A stretch of DNA of 64,000 nucleotides, taken from contig CAVTRY010000011.1 of NCBI GenBank assembly GCA_963737265.1, positions 320,001 to 384,000 of the forward strand. Direction: 5' to 3'. The notes beneath the pieces are model-generated. The model was given only the letters and a program-made list of their open reading frames with translations. It was not told the DNA's origin and did no database searches. The first letter of the stretch is position 1. The number at the start of each line of letters is the position of its first letter. Shown here piece after piece: positions 41,001-50,063 of this stretch. This DNA is from an uncultured delta proteobacterium (GTDB lineage: Bacteria; Myxococcota_A; Polyangia; Fen-1088). The translations under genes were made by a program, and so were the position numbers.

Positions 41001-42303
41001 TTTGTCCGGGCGGCCGGCCGACCATGACGAGATAGGCGACCGCGCCCAGCGAAAAAAGGTCGCTGGCGTAGTTGGCATTCTCGGGCTTTTCAAGAACTTC
41101 GGGTGCGACGTACACGTCCTCGGTGCTGCGGCGCCAGGCGGTCAGATGGGACGTGAAATGGGCCGTTCCGCTCGCCGACTCGGTCTGCGTGGCGAGTTGG
41201 AAGTTGAATAGGCGAACGTCGAGCTTCTTCGAGTCGTTCTTCGAATCATTCTTTGAGGCCTCCGGATTCCGGCGCACCAGAATCGACGAGGGGCAGAGGC
41301 CGCGATGCAGGATGGATTTACGATGGCAGTAGGCCAGCGCCTCCCCGACGCGGGTGACGATGCTGACACGTTCATCGAGCGTAAGATCGGGATTCGCGCG
41401 CAAGAAAGCATCCAGTGGCAGCTCGCCTTCGAGATGCTCGAAGACGATGCAAGGCGCGTCGGTGGGTCCGTGCGCAAGGTAGCTGCGCAACTTCAGGATG
41501 TTCGGATGATCCGAAAGCAAGGTCAGGTGGCGCGCCTCGCGTTCGGCCGCGCTGATCAGTTGCTTTCGCCGCTCAAGGGTCACGCTTTGCGCGACCTGGT
41601 AGGTGCGCACGCGGGCTTGAATCGTGGCGATGGACTCATGCTGTGCCAGATGGTCCTGATAGTTTTCGTGCTCAACCAGCAACTTGCCGAGGATCAGGTC
41701 GTTGACCTTGCGGCTGGCGTGGCTTTCGCGGAGGCCGAGAGCCTTGAGCGCGCCTACCGTTTCGATGGCTTGCGGGCGATTGATCTGGTTGCGCGTGGCC
41801 TGGGGCAGGACGCCGGGGTATTCCCCGAACTGGAGGGCGCGCAGGAAGGTTTCACGGGTGACGACGTGATTGCCGGCGGCGCCAGGCAGGTCGAGTTTGA
41901 CCTGTTCGGCTGAAGCAAAGATCAGGTGCTGGACCCAGGGCGCCTGATGTCCAATCTGCTTCTGCAGCAGGCTGGCCAGCACGCGGGCTTTGTATTCGGC
42001 GAGGCGGCTGGGATTTTCCAGCGTGGTACGTCCGCCGTCGGGAAACTCGACCACCCAGTCAACGACGTCTCCCTTGATGCGCCCGGGATGGCTCTTGATC
42101 TCGATCAGATAGACGGCGTGGAACCCGATGACCACGAGATCGAGGTCGTAACGGCGACCACCGGGATCGACCAGATCGATCAGGCCCCACAGGCGAAAGG
42201 GATCGCGATCCGGAAGGGCCGAAACGACGAAATTGATCGCAGACTGCTCATGCAGGTGCGGCGACGTGCCGAGTGCGATGATGCGATCCCTAGACAGCGC
42301 CAT
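38041..42303 (-). CDS. pglW: BREX Ser/Thr kinase PglW
   Basis: NERD domain (YDLDLVV..VYLIEIK), degenerate kinase (HRGLCPSS, NFQ), second kinase (GTGST, ALK, HRDIKPGN, DFS, GTPAY), alpha-CTD-like LPARAKNGL, and an HTH. Confidence 0.9.
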   Translation of the reverse strand: MALSRDRIIALGTSPHLHEQSAINFVVSALPDRDPFRLWGLIDLVDPGGRRYDLDLVVIGFHAVYLIEIKSHPGRIKGDVVDWVVEFPDGGRTTLENPSRLAEYKARVLASLLQKQIGHQAPWVQHLIFASAEQVKLDLPGAAGNHVVTRETFLRALQFGEYPGVLPQATRNQINRPQAIETVGALKALGLRESHASRKVNDLILGKLLVEHENYQDHLAQHESIATIQARVRTYQVAQSVTLERRKQLISAAEREARHLTLLSDHPNILKLRSYLAHGPTDAPCIVFEHLEGELPLDAFLRANPDLTLDERVSIVTRVGEALAYCHRKSILHRGLCPSSILVRRNPEASKNDSKNDSKKLDVRLFNFQLATQTESASGTAHFTSHLTAWRRSTEDVYVAPEVLEKPENANYASDLFSLGAVAYLVMVGRPPGQNLAEREALFRRGYLSLSTARDELAAGLKAAGLGEVNAWEAQPKDLEDVMEFATDKNPVNRGDDVATWIGLFTDALLTPSKAPSPTFVDPLEAKRNDQIAPEILVEDVLGTGSTARTLRIVTNDGTFALKVSLSPDLDSRLRREGEILNALQKDGRASDRIARLHEVMQLGGRTCLRLTDAGQTLARLLADEGAQSIDYAKRWGEDLLLALQELEERGVQHRDIKPGNLGVLTADQKRKRHLLLFDFSLSAADANEVRLGTPAYRDPFLAQRGRWDDAADRYAAAITLHEILTGERPSWGASDIASATSDEVTLAAERFDATVRDRLVTFFRQALARDVGKRFSTAERMRTEWVACFASAAVAPVAIDELAAADETLSSLTAPMPEGLNLQTAIESLPLPARAKNGLYRANVLRVSDLLRLPNNQLSAMRGVGRGTAQEILKFIQRPEFEALRPALPTVQEPAATTDRPSSAPLTDAELPRSLEAWTNAALPPVTKKQGEKPLQHVRHLWGLDLLKGQHIDSVAELAATLGVTRPLIYQAVEKMRQRWQKLPFLDELQGLVTSLLETTGGQAPLASLGDALASALDRSQPSPPGDKRAQALVRIVVETHNLLQLARVNGALWVAPTESDLRALERLGALADELAQAEPLLSPGGAEAQLRAVVKTGPLATLAPEPLVALAVAASKTAAKSARLEIYPRGLSPERALDLCMSALPPAGLDAALVAQIVGARYPESQPLPQGPALIDLLLARGYTVDAKTGSFHRRGLSPSTGTLAAITRALTTHTGHREKIDPAAHEFARDIEVRQKRGSFCVLEVQPAYARQTALELGHRLSVQPVSIEALLLKAMEAVVAEYQVDLPTVFVTDRAGPLGAEWLNLRSLMEQAADRALADLRTRTGPLVLTDPGLLARYGLARFLKQLVDHARQDASPAVFLLVPSAEDAGGGVRIPHPAGDLPIPLTSPAQHLHVPLSWLENLDRGQRKIPSGGPQ

Positions 42304-42311
42304 TCGGTCGC

Positions 42312-43046
42312 CTACGCGCACAGCTCCTGGTGGATTCGCGTGGCGCCGTCGCGGGCAAGGGCATCGGCGTCGGCCGAGAGCACGAGCACGGTCGAGCGAT
42401 CGAACTTGGTGGCCTTGGCCGCGTCGAGGGGTGCGTCGCTGCGCACGGCTCGCGGGCGCGTTCGACAACCGCACAAGGCCGAGGCCAAGCCCAGGAGTTG
42501 CCGCTCACCGGGCCGGTCGGTGACCAGCAGAAGCTGGTCGCCAAAGTCCATGTCCTTGCGCCCAGCCATGTGGTCGACCAGCGCGGCGATAGCCCCCGCG
42601 CCCGCGACGACCACTCGCGAGGCCGGAACGACTTGAGAGACATCGGTCGCCGGAAGGGTGAGGCCCCAGATCTTGGCCAGGTGATCGAGGGTCCGAGAAG
42701 GGCGGGCGGCATCCGAGCCAGCGAGGCCCTGGGCAGCGCCACGGAGAATCTCCCCGGCTTCGCTCGGTGGCAGCGAAGACCATTCAGGTCCAAAAGGTTC
42801 GTCGGCGGCCAGGTTGGGCAGGCCGAACACCGCGGCGGCCGAGAACGCGGCCGGGTGCAGCGCGGCGCCATCCCGCAGGAGCAGGTCCAACCGATCGGCG
42901 TCGGTCAGCTCGCCGCGAAAGGCCTTCCAGCGAGCGCCGGCGTCGGGCGTGAACCGCTGCGCCCCCAGTCCGCGATCCTGCAGCGCCCGGAGCCCCAAGA
43001 CCCCTGAACGATAGAAATTTTGCAATTCACGCGGTGCGATTTCCAT
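42312..43046 (-). CDS. Uncharacterised protein leading the BREX operon
   Basis: 244-aa ORF ending 8 bp before the pglW ATG (RF..DAGARW..FRGELTDADRLDLLLRD...DEPFGPEW). Confidence 0.8.
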   Translation of the reverse strand: MEIAPRELQNFYRSGVLGLRALQDRGLGAQRFTPDAGARWKAFRGELTDADRLDLLLRDGAALHPAAFSAAAVFGLPNLAADEPFGPEWSSLPPSEAGEILRGAAQGLAGSDAARPSRTLDHLAKIWGLTLPATDVSQVVPASRVVVAGAGAIAALVDHMAGRKDMDFGDQLLLVTDRPGERQLLGLASALCGCRTRPRAVRSDAPLDAAKATKFDRSTVLVLSADADALARDGATRIHQELCA

Positions 43047-43429
43047 GTGCAGCCCTTCCGGCGTCCTCATCCCGGAACCAAGCGAAATCCGAGGACAAAT
43101 CAGCGCCTGAGGTTACTCCTGATGGGCGGCTGGGATCATCGGCCATGTTGAGTGCCTCCTTGTACGAATGCGCTATGCGCGAGCTCTTCCATCGTAAGGT
43201 CGGTGGGGTGGCCTGACGCCAGCTGGATGACAGGCACAGGGTATCACCTCCTGGAGGTCAGGGTCGGGGAGACACACGCGGGCTCGGCATCGCCGCCGGC
43301 GACAACATCAACCCCGAGGGTGTATCGATGTTCGAGCCCATGGGCGGCAGCGAGCTGCCCCAATACCCTAGCCCGAGCCGCGGATGGAGTTCTTGCGCCC
43401 TACACCCCCATCGATTTACGCCCATGAGC

Positions 43430-43456
43430 GGTCACATTTGTGCTTGGTCATCCGTC
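43430..43456 (+). promoter_or_regulatory. ECF41-type promoter
   Basis: GGTCACA-N16-CGTC (consensus TGTCACA-N16-CGTC) 21 bp before the SRPBCC ATG, with an ECF41-like sigma nearby. Confidence 0.7.
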
Positions 43457-43477
43457 ATGTAGACAGAGGAGGATGAC

Positions 43478-44062
43478 ATGAAATCTGAAGAACAACCGAG
43501 TAGGCATGAGCAATACGCGCCGGGGGCCGCTTCTGGCGCTTGGGTCCGAAAAGATGGAGAGACGTGGACGCTCGTTCTCGTCCGCGACATCCCCCACGCT
43601 CCCGAAGAAGTTTGGAAGGCACTCACGGACACCGAGCGTCTACGCGAATGGTCCCCGTTCGACTCTGACCGGAACCTCGGGGTCCTTGGCGCCGCAAAGC
43701 TCTCGACTGTGGGGGCGCCGGCGCCGCATTTAACCGAGACCCAAGTGAGGCGAGCTGACGCGTCGAGGGCGCTCGAATATGGCTGGGGTGGAGCCGACCT
43801 CCGCTGGGCACTGGAGCCACTGGGAGACGGCAGCAGCACTCGGCTCACGCTTTGCCACGACATCGACCGTCGATTCATATCGATGGGCGCTGCGGGCTGG
43901 CACATCTGCTTCGATGTCCTGGAGAAGCTGCTCGCCGGTCAGCCCATTGGACGCATCGCCGGACCCGAGGTCATGAACTTTGGTGGCTGGCAGCGATTGA
44001 ACGCCGAGTACGCGAAGCAGCTCGGTGTCGAGACCCCCAATTGGTCGCCCAGCGCCCGGTAG
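43478..44062 (+). CDS. SRPBCC/AHSA1-family protein
   Basis: WTLVLVRD..H.PEEVWKALTD..LREWSPF, LRW.LE and AAGWHICFDVL; GAGGAGG RBS. Confidence 0.88.
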   Translation: MKSEEQPSRHEQYAPGAASGAWVRKDGETWTLVLVRDIPHAPEEVWKALTDTERLREWSPFDSDRNLGVLGAAKLSTVGAPAPHLTETQVRRADASRALEYGWGGADLRWALEPLGDGSSTRLTLCHDIDRRFISMGAAGWHICFDVLEKLLAGQPIGRIAGPEVMNFGGWQRLNAEYAKQLGVETPNWSPSAR

Positions 44063-44316
44063 GAGGAACCCATGGCAGGCCACGCCAGCGAGCGCCTCAC
44101 CGCGCGTTGAGTAACCGCTTTTTCGGGGACGAGCCCGACCACAGAAAGGTGTTGCTACTTGGACGCTGCGATTGCGCTGGCCGCGCGGGTTCCAGCGGCG
44201 CGACTAGCTAGGCGGCGCGGTGGAGATCCGGCTGGCTGAGAAGTACTGGTGATCTAGACTCGGTTCTGGTTGCCCCGGCGCTCGAAGGAGGGCTCCGGGC
44301 ATACCGCGGAGGTCGG

Positions 44317-45198
44317 ATGGACGAGAACGATTGGCTGGCCAAACGGTTTCACGAAACGCGTGCCCATCTGCGAGCGGTGGCGCATCGGATGCTCGGCTCG
44401 GCCACCGAGGCGGAGGATGCGCTGCAGGATGCCTGGCTGAAGTTGAGCCGCTCCGATACGCGAGAGGTGGAGAACGTGGGCGGCTGGCTGACGACGGTCG
44501 TCTCGCGGGTGTGTCTGGACATGCTGCGCGCGCGCCAGTCGCGGCGAGAGGAACCCCTTACGTCCGAAGCGGACGCGTCGACCAGCACTGACCCCGAGAC
44601 CGACGTCACGCTTGCGGATGCGATCGGCCCAGCCCTGCTGGTCGTCCTAGAAATGCTAGAGCCCCAGGAGCGAGTTGCGTTCGTGCTGCACGACATGTTC
44701 GATCTGTCGTTCGAGGAGATCGCGCACATCGTCGATCGCACGCCCGCCGCAACTCGGCAGCTCGCCAGTCGTGCGAGACGCCGCCTCCGCGGTGCTGCCG
44801 AGCCCGCTCCCGGCATTACTCCCCGTCGCGACTTGGTCAGCACGTTCTTGGCGGCAGCACGCGACGGCGACTTCGAACGACTGGTGGCTGTTCTGTCCCC
44901 CGCCGTGGTGTTGGTCGCCGACGAGCTGGCGGTGCGCACGTCCGCGGCGAACGAGCGGCACCGACCGCCTCGGCTAGCCCCTGAGGTTCGTGGCGCATTG
45001 CCGGTTGCCGGCGCCTTCAACGGGCGCACGCGCGGCGTATTGCCCGCTCTCATCGATGGTGAGCCTGGCGCGGCCTGGGCGATGGGGGGCCGGGTGCTCG
45101 CGGCGTGGATGTTCACGATCGAGCACGGGCAGATCACCGTGATCGATGTGATCATGGATCCCGGGCGTCTTGCCGCGCTCAACGTGCGGGTGGATTAG
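44317..45198 (+). CDS. ECF41-like sigma factor (SigJ-type, SnoaL tail)
   Basis: HLRAVAHRMLGS..EAEDALQDAW, GWLTTVVSRVCLD, ERVAFVLHDMF and RQLASRARRR. Confidence 0.9.
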   Translation: MDENDWLAKRFHETRAHLRAVAHRMLGSATEAEDALQDAWLKLSRSDTREVENVGGWLTTVVSRVCLDMLRARQSRREEPLTSEADASTSTDPETDVTLADAIGPALLVVLEMLEPQERVAFVLHDMFDLSFEEIAHIVDRTPAATRQLASRARRRLRGAAEPAPGITPRRDLVSTFLAAARDGDFERLVAVLSPAVVLVADELAVRTSAANERHRPPRLAPEVRGALPVAGAFNGRTRGVLPALIDGEPGAAWAMGGRVLAAWMFTIEHGQITVIDVIMDPGRLAALNVRVD

Positions 45199-45300
45199 CA
45201 CTACGGTGTCAGCTCGGCAGAGCCCCCAAACAGCAGCTTCTGCTCCGACACCTTGTACCGCCGGCAGCAGTTTTCTCCAGGATCTCTGGGGTTAGGTCGA

Positions 45301-45430
45301 ACCCCACCGAATCTTCAACACGCATCCGCAGGTGGGGTGAAGTCCGCGAATTTACTTCGCGGACGAGGGGAGGGCCGCGGCCCTCCCTTCAAAAATCTTC
45401 AAGACGGGTCCATTTATGGACACGTCTTGA
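45301..45430. repeat. Cluster of four consecutive inverted repeats
   Basis: ACCCCACC/GGTGGGGT, GTCCGCGAA/TTCGCGGAC, GGGAGGGCCG/CGGCCCTCCC and TCAAGACG..GTCCAT/ATGGAC..CGTCTTGA. Confidence 0.7.
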
Positions 45431-45552
45431 GTCATTGCGTGAGCATCCGATGGACGGCGTGGGTGGCGTTTGGATAGAGCGTTGGATCCGGGACGGACCC
45501 TACCCGATTGCGTACCAGGACGCATCTCATGTCGCTCTCCTTCGCGTTTGCG

Positions 45553-46359
45553 CTAGTCGCTCTCGGCGGTGAGGTGAAGGAAGACTCCGGCAATGGGCTG
45601 GCGGCCGTCGGTGCCGAAGGTAATGGGCAAAGCCAAGCCGACCTTCATGACTGGAATAAGGGGACCTATCGCGCGAATGCCGACGGAAATCCCAGGGCCG
45701 ACCATGTAGGGGGCCAGTCGACCGAGATCGATACTGTTCTCGATGCCCAGCGAGTTGAGCTGTTCGCGCCCCCAGGTGACGAGAACGGCCATCTCCGCCA
45801 AGACGGGCAACTTCCGGGGAGAATCTCCGCCGAAGCTCATACCAGCGCTGGGACGCAGCACCAGCCGGTCGTGCCGCCAGGCAACGCGCAACCTCACGGC
45901 GTAGGGCAGGAAAGATTCACCTGCCTCGAAACCCTGGTCGGCCAGTCGAGTCTGGTCAATCGATTGCTCGCCCAGGCGGGCGCTAGCTTCGAGCTGAACA
46001 TGGATTTCCCGCTTCCAGTCGTGCCAGATGGATAGTCCGAGTGAGGGCGCCACCTCGAAGAGCTCTGTTTGCCTCTGCGAGCGTGCGTCGCCGCCCGAGA
46101 ACTCCAGGCCCAGGCCGAGGCCGGCCCAGCGGGTGAGTCGATACTCGAGCTCAGTCTCCGAGCGCCAGAAGAGCGCGCCGTCGCTTCGCCGTCGTAGCAG
46201 GGTGGCGCTGGAATCCACCTCTATCTCGCCGCTCGTCGCGCTGTCGACGTCCGTCACTGCCTCGCCCATGACCGGCTCCGCAATCGGAGTAGCCGCGGCG
46301 CGACCGGCCGTGGTCAACACAGCCATCAAGCACCAGACTGGCCGGCTCGGCGACCGCAT
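45553..46359 (-). CDS. Secreted hypothetical protein, possible outer-membrane beta-barrel
   Basis: Signal peptide ending AAA and alternating beta-strand patterns. Confidence 0.55.
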   Translation of the reverse strand: MRSPSRPVWCLMAVLTTAGRAAATPIAEPVMGEAVTDVDSATSGEIEVDSSATLLRRRSDGALFWRSETELEYRLTRWAGLGLGLEFSGGDARSQRQTELFEVAPSLGLSIWHDWKREIHVQLEASARLGEQSIDQTRLADQGFEAGESFLPYAVRLRVAWRHDRLVLRPSAGMSFGGDSPRKLPVLAEMAVLVTWGREQLNSLGIENSIDLGRLAPYMVGPGISVGIRAIGPLIPVMKVGLALPITFGTDGRQPIAGVFLHLTAESD

Positions 46360-46484
46360 GTTTCGGTGCACGAGGCAGATTGTAGCCCAAACACGACCCA
46401 CCGCGGAGCCGAGCACGCAGGTCTCAAATGTGCGTTCAACAATGTCTTGGACGGTCCATGACCTCGAAACGCATAATCGAAATC

Positions 46485-47393
46485 ATGAAGGCAGTTCAGT
46501 ATAGCGAATACGGAGGCCCGGAGGTTCTGCGTGTCGTCGAGATCGACGAGCCGCACGCTGGTCCCGGCCAGGTGCGGATCGCAGTCCGGGCCGCCGGGGT
46601 CAACCCATCGGACTGGAAAGATCGGGCGGGAGATGCCCGCGATGCCACGCCGGTTCCATTGCCCTCCGGTGTCGGCTTCGAGGCGTCGGGCGTCGTGGAC
46701 GAGGTCGGCCCAGGCGTTTCGAATGTGTCCATCGGCGACGCCGTGTTCGGCTACGGCGCGAACACGGTGGCCCAGTATGCGGTTCTCACACACTGGGCTC
46801 GCAAGCCAGACGATCTGTCGTTTGAGGTTGCGGGTGGGCTTCCCGTGATCGTCGAAACGGCTTGGCGCTGTCTCGAGCAGATCGGCGTGAAATCCGGGGA
46901 GACGCTCCTGGTGAGCGGAGCCGCGGGCGGGGTTGGCTCGGCCGTCATCCAGCTCGCGCGCCTCCGCGGGATTACCGTTATCGGCACGGCGAGCACGCAA
47001 AAGCACGACTATGTGCGCGGGCTCGGCGCCATCCCGACAACCTACGGACGGGGCCTGGCGGAACGGGTGAGGATGCTCGCGCCGGAGGGTGTGGACGCAG
47101 CCCTCGATGTCGCCGGCTCGGGGATCATCCCGGATCTGATCGACATCGTCGGTGATCCTTCGCGGGTGCTTTCCGCCGCCGATCCCACGGCTCCGCAGTA
47201 CGGCGCGAGGTTCTGTCACGGACCTCCGAAACATGCGGAGCGGATCTTCGCTGAGGTTGCTCGGCTTTGTACCCAGGGCCTTTTCCGTCTGCGCGTGGAG
47301 CGGACCTTCCCGATCGAGCAAACGGCAACGGCGCAGGAGGTCAGTGCCAGGGGGCACGTCACGGGCAAGCTCATCATTTGCGTCGCGCAGTAG
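46485..47393 (+). CDS. NADP-dependent oxidoreductase (quinone reductase/MDR family)
   Basis: MKAVQYSEYGGPEVL, AAGVNPSD, GAAGGVG and GHVTGKL. Confidence 0.9.
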   Translation: MKAVQYSEYGGPEVLRVVEIDEPHAGPGQVRIAVRAAGVNPSDWKDRAGDARDATPVPLPSGVGFEASGVVDEVGPGVSNVSIGDAVFGYGANTVAQYAVLTHWARKPDDLSFEVAGGLPVIVETAWRCLEQIGVKSGETLLVSGAAGGVGSAVIQLARLRGITVIGTASTQKHDYVRGLGAIPTTYGRGLAERVRMLAPEGVDAALDVAGSGIIPDLIDIVGDPSRVLSAADPTAPQYGARFCHGPPKHAERIFAEVARLCTQGLFRLRVERTFPIEQTATAQEVSARGHVTGKLIICVAQ

Positions 47394-47452
47394 ACCTTTA
47401 CGCCTGATCGGAAAGAGTGCATCTCGCTCGTCGCGAGGGTCACATGCACCGA

Positions 47453-48730
47453 TCACCTGCCCTTCGGATCGGCTATCGGTCGCCCGAAGCGCTTGCGCGC
47501 GAGATCGCCGCGCCGGGGAACGAAGGTGCCGTCGGCCATCTCCTTGCTGACCACCTTCTGCAACAGCTTGTACATTCGGTGCGTTTGCGGTTCGTCGCGA
47601 TAGAAGACGTCCCAGGCGTCGCGATAGAGCTCCAGCAGGCGGTCCGGGGTCATGTGGCGCGGCTGGAAGACGACCTTGTCGGCGGTGTAGCTGTCCCAGT
47701 CCGAGGTCAGGATGCGCCCCTCTTTGACCAAGTCGTCGCGCGCACGGGTGTGAGGGAAGGGGGTGAGGATGGTGAATTCGGCCAGGTCGAGCTCGATCTC
47801 CAGCAGGAAATCCACCAGGCGCTTGATGTCGTCTTCGGTCTGGTCGTCGAGCCCGAGCAGGATGGTGCCCTCGACGGCGATGCCGTGGGCGTGGTAGCGG
47901 GCGACGCGGCGGCGGATGAAGTCGGAGGTGTCGAACACCGCTTGATAGACGTACCAGGCGCCGGCCTGGGCGGCGAGATCCAGCACTTGGTCGTCGTCCT
48001 CGATGGGGTGCGAGCACCACTTCTTCTTGAGCGGAATCATCTCGCGAAAGAGATCCAGCTCCCATTGCTTGTCCTGAGCGAGCGAATTGTCGACGAGGAA
48101 GAGGCGATCGTTGTCGATGCCTGACAGTTCTTCGACCACGCGGTCGAGCGGCCGCGGGCGAAAGCAGCGACCGCCGAGATAGCTGACGGCACACGGGTAG
48201 CAGTCGAAGCGGCAGCCGCGCGAGGCGTGGAACAGATCCACCATGCGCACGCCTTTGTAGTGGTAGAGTCCGCGCCGCAGAATCGAGCGGCGCGCGGGGC
48301 CCACAAGCCGGGTATCGGGGGGAGACGCGAGGAAGTCGTAGGTCGGCTTGAGCTTGCCCTTGCACAGGTCGGCGAAGACTTGCTCCATGCGGCCCTCGGC
48401 CTCGCCCAGAAATACCGAGTCGGCGTGGGTCTGGGTTTCTTCCGCGTGCAACATGGTGGCGATGCCGCCAAAGATGACGGGCACGCCGCGGCGGCGGTAT
48501 TCGTCGGCGATGGCCCAGCCGCGCTTCACCTGGCTGGTGAGCATCATGGAGATGCCGACGAAATCCACCGCATCGTCGAGGTTGAGCGCCTCGACGTTCT
48601 CGTCGACGAAGTCCACGTCGACGTCGGCGGGCAGGGCGGCGGCGAACACAACCGGGCCGTGCGGCGGCAGGTGAAACTCCGTTTGCCCGCTGAGCTTGGG
48701 CCACTTGGGATAGATAAGGCGAAACCTCAC
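47453..48730 (-). CDS. B12-binding-domain radical SAM protein
   Basis: Cobalamin-binding-like N-domain (DENVE, VIFGGI.ATM, GEAE), SRGCRFDCYPC (CxxxCxxC) and LTPFPHT. Confidence 0.88.
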   Translation of the reverse strand: MRFRLIYPKWPKLSGQTEFHLPPHGPVVFAAALPADVDVDFVDENVEALNLDDAVDFVGISMMLTSQVKRGWAIADEYRRRGVPVIFGGIATMLHAEETQTHADSVFLGEAEGRMEQVFADLCKGKLKPTYDFLASPPDTRLVGPARRSILRRGLYHYKGVRMVDLFHASRGCRFDCYPCAVSYLGGRCFRPRPLDRVVEELSGIDNDRLFLVDNSLAQDKQWELDLFREMIPLKKKWCSHPIEDDDQVLDLAAQAGAWYVYQAVFDTSDFIRRRVARYHAHGIAVEGTILLGLDDQTEDDIKRLVDFLLEIELDLAEFTILTPFPHTRARDDLVKEGRILTSDWDSYTADKVVFQPRHMTPDRLLELYRDAWDVFYRDEPQTHRMYKLLQKVVSKEMADGTFVPRRGDLARKRFGRPIADPKGR

Positions 48731-48760
48731 GCTGAGCTCCTAGCACGTGAATTGGGCGGT

Positions 48761-49411
48761 TCACTCATGGTCGACCAGCCGCATGTCGAGTTGATAACCG
48801 CCCCCCGGAACGCGCAGCCGAACTTCCGGGAAGAATCCGTCCGGCGCGGTGCCGACCAGCTCGATCTCGCGCGTGGGGTGCACGTCGCGGTAGGTGCGGA
48901 TGAAGCGTGGTCCGTCCGCGGCGAGCTCAACGTCGGTGGTTTCGTCACCCGGCCGCGACCAACGGCAGACGACCTCGCCGGTCGGGTAGCGGCCGATGGC
49001 AGTGGGTTCGCCGGCGGGCGAAAGGTAGACATGCCCGACGTCCGCCATCAGCGATTGGGCAAAAGCGGGACGGTCGAAGGGCGGAACGGCGCGATGAACG
49101 ACGAGGGCAGGTCCGCCCGCGCCGTCCCTGCCTTGGGTCCCGTCGAACAGGCTGATGCCTTCGGGTGAAAGTAGAACCGCATGCAATTCGCCCCCGGTCG
49201 CCGCTGTCACGCCAACCAGGCCGCTGTTCTGGCCGAAGGGCAGCGAGGCGAAGATGGCGTGGGTGGCGCGCCAGGGCTGGGCGGGAAAGGCGTGGCGGCA
49301 GCGGGCGCTGACTTGCGCTGGGGTGCCGTCGCTGACGACAGGCGCGAGCGGCGGCAGGTGGGCGCAGGCCGAAGCCAGAGCAAGCGCGACGAGGAGAACG
49401 GATCGGCGCAT
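48761..49411 (-). CDS. Lipoprotein (DUF3261-like) of the lipid cluster
   Basis: Lipobox LASAC and LLSPEGISLFD; coupled within the operon. The family name is an inference. Confidence 0.6.
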   Translation of the reverse strand: MRRSVLLVALALASACAHLPPLAPVVSDGTPAQVSARCRHAFPAQPWRATHAIFASLPFGQNSGLVGVTAATGGELHAVLLSPEGISLFDGTQGRDGAGGPALVVHRAVPPFDRPAFAQSLMADVGHVYLSPAGEPTAIGRYPTGEVVCRWSRPGDETTDVELAADGPRFIRTYRDVHPTREIELVGTAPDGFFPEVRLRVPGGGYQLDMRLVDHE

Positions 49412-49413
49412 GG

Positions 49414-50061
49414 CTACCGGGGCGCCTCGAAAAGCTGGTCCGGGATCGGTCGACCGTAGTGGGCGTCCTCGAAGGTGATGTGGGTGACGCCTTCGCCCTC
49501 CTCGTAGATGTCGATGGCGTTCACCGTGCCGGGACGCTCGGCGAAGATGATGGCGATGTGGGAAATGATCTTGCCGAGCGACGGATCCACCGGCAACAGC
49601 TCGACGCGTGCGGGCTGGCCCGGCTCGGCCAGGTGCAATTCAGGACGAAACGTCCGGCTGGCGGAGAAATTGCCGTCGAGCCACAGGTTGATTTCGCCGA
49701 GGACGATCTTCATGGCTTCGAGCTTGGCGCTGGCGTCGGCGACCCACGCACCGTCGTGCTGTATCAGGCGCCGTACGTTGCCGGCGCGCACGACGAGCAA
49801 GGTCTGAAGCGGGCTCCGGTATTCCCAGCGCAGGTCGTTAGGGCGCCGGTAAGCCATGATTCCGCGCGAAACCAGCGGCCGCGACAGAATCTTGAGCGTG
49901 CGCGTCTGCACGAATGAGGTTTCGATGGTCTTGATGCCGGCGGCGGCAGCGCGGATGCTGTCCCAATTCCGGTACCAGGCGGGCTCTGCGCCGAGCGCTG
50001 GAGTGGCAGCCAAAAGTAGCAAGAGTGGATAGACCAGGACAAGCCCGACACGGATGTGCAT
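49414..50061 (-). CDS. LolA-like lipid/lipoprotein carrier
   Basis: Signal peptide and F.QTR.LKILSRPLVSRG...RPNDLRWEY.SP. Confidence 0.8.
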   Translation of the reverse strand: MHIRVGLVLVYPLLLLLAATPALGAEPAWYRNWDSIRAAAAGIKTIETSFVQTRTLKILSRPLVSRGIMAYRRPNDLRWEYRSPLQTLLVVRAGNVRRLIQHDGAWVADASAKLEAMKIVLGEINLWLDGNFSASRTFRPELHLAEPGQPARVELLPVDPSLGKIISHIAIIFAERPGTVNAIDIYEEGEGVTHITFEDAHYGRPIPDQLFEAPR

Positions 50062-50063
50062 GG

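Noticed and set aside
43324-43431. Imperfect direct repeat ATCGAT..GCCCATG.GCGG as an island boundary
   Set aside because: Short and gapped, with no matching copy noticed at the tRNA end.
44072-44110. 12-codon ORF MAGHASERLTAR with a strong RBS after SRPBCC
   Set aside because: Possibly a gene remnant, but too short to assign.
45288-45327. Tn3-like terminal inverted repeat (GGGG...CACG)
   Set aside because: It lacks the terminal TAAG, and no partner end, transposase or resolvase was found.
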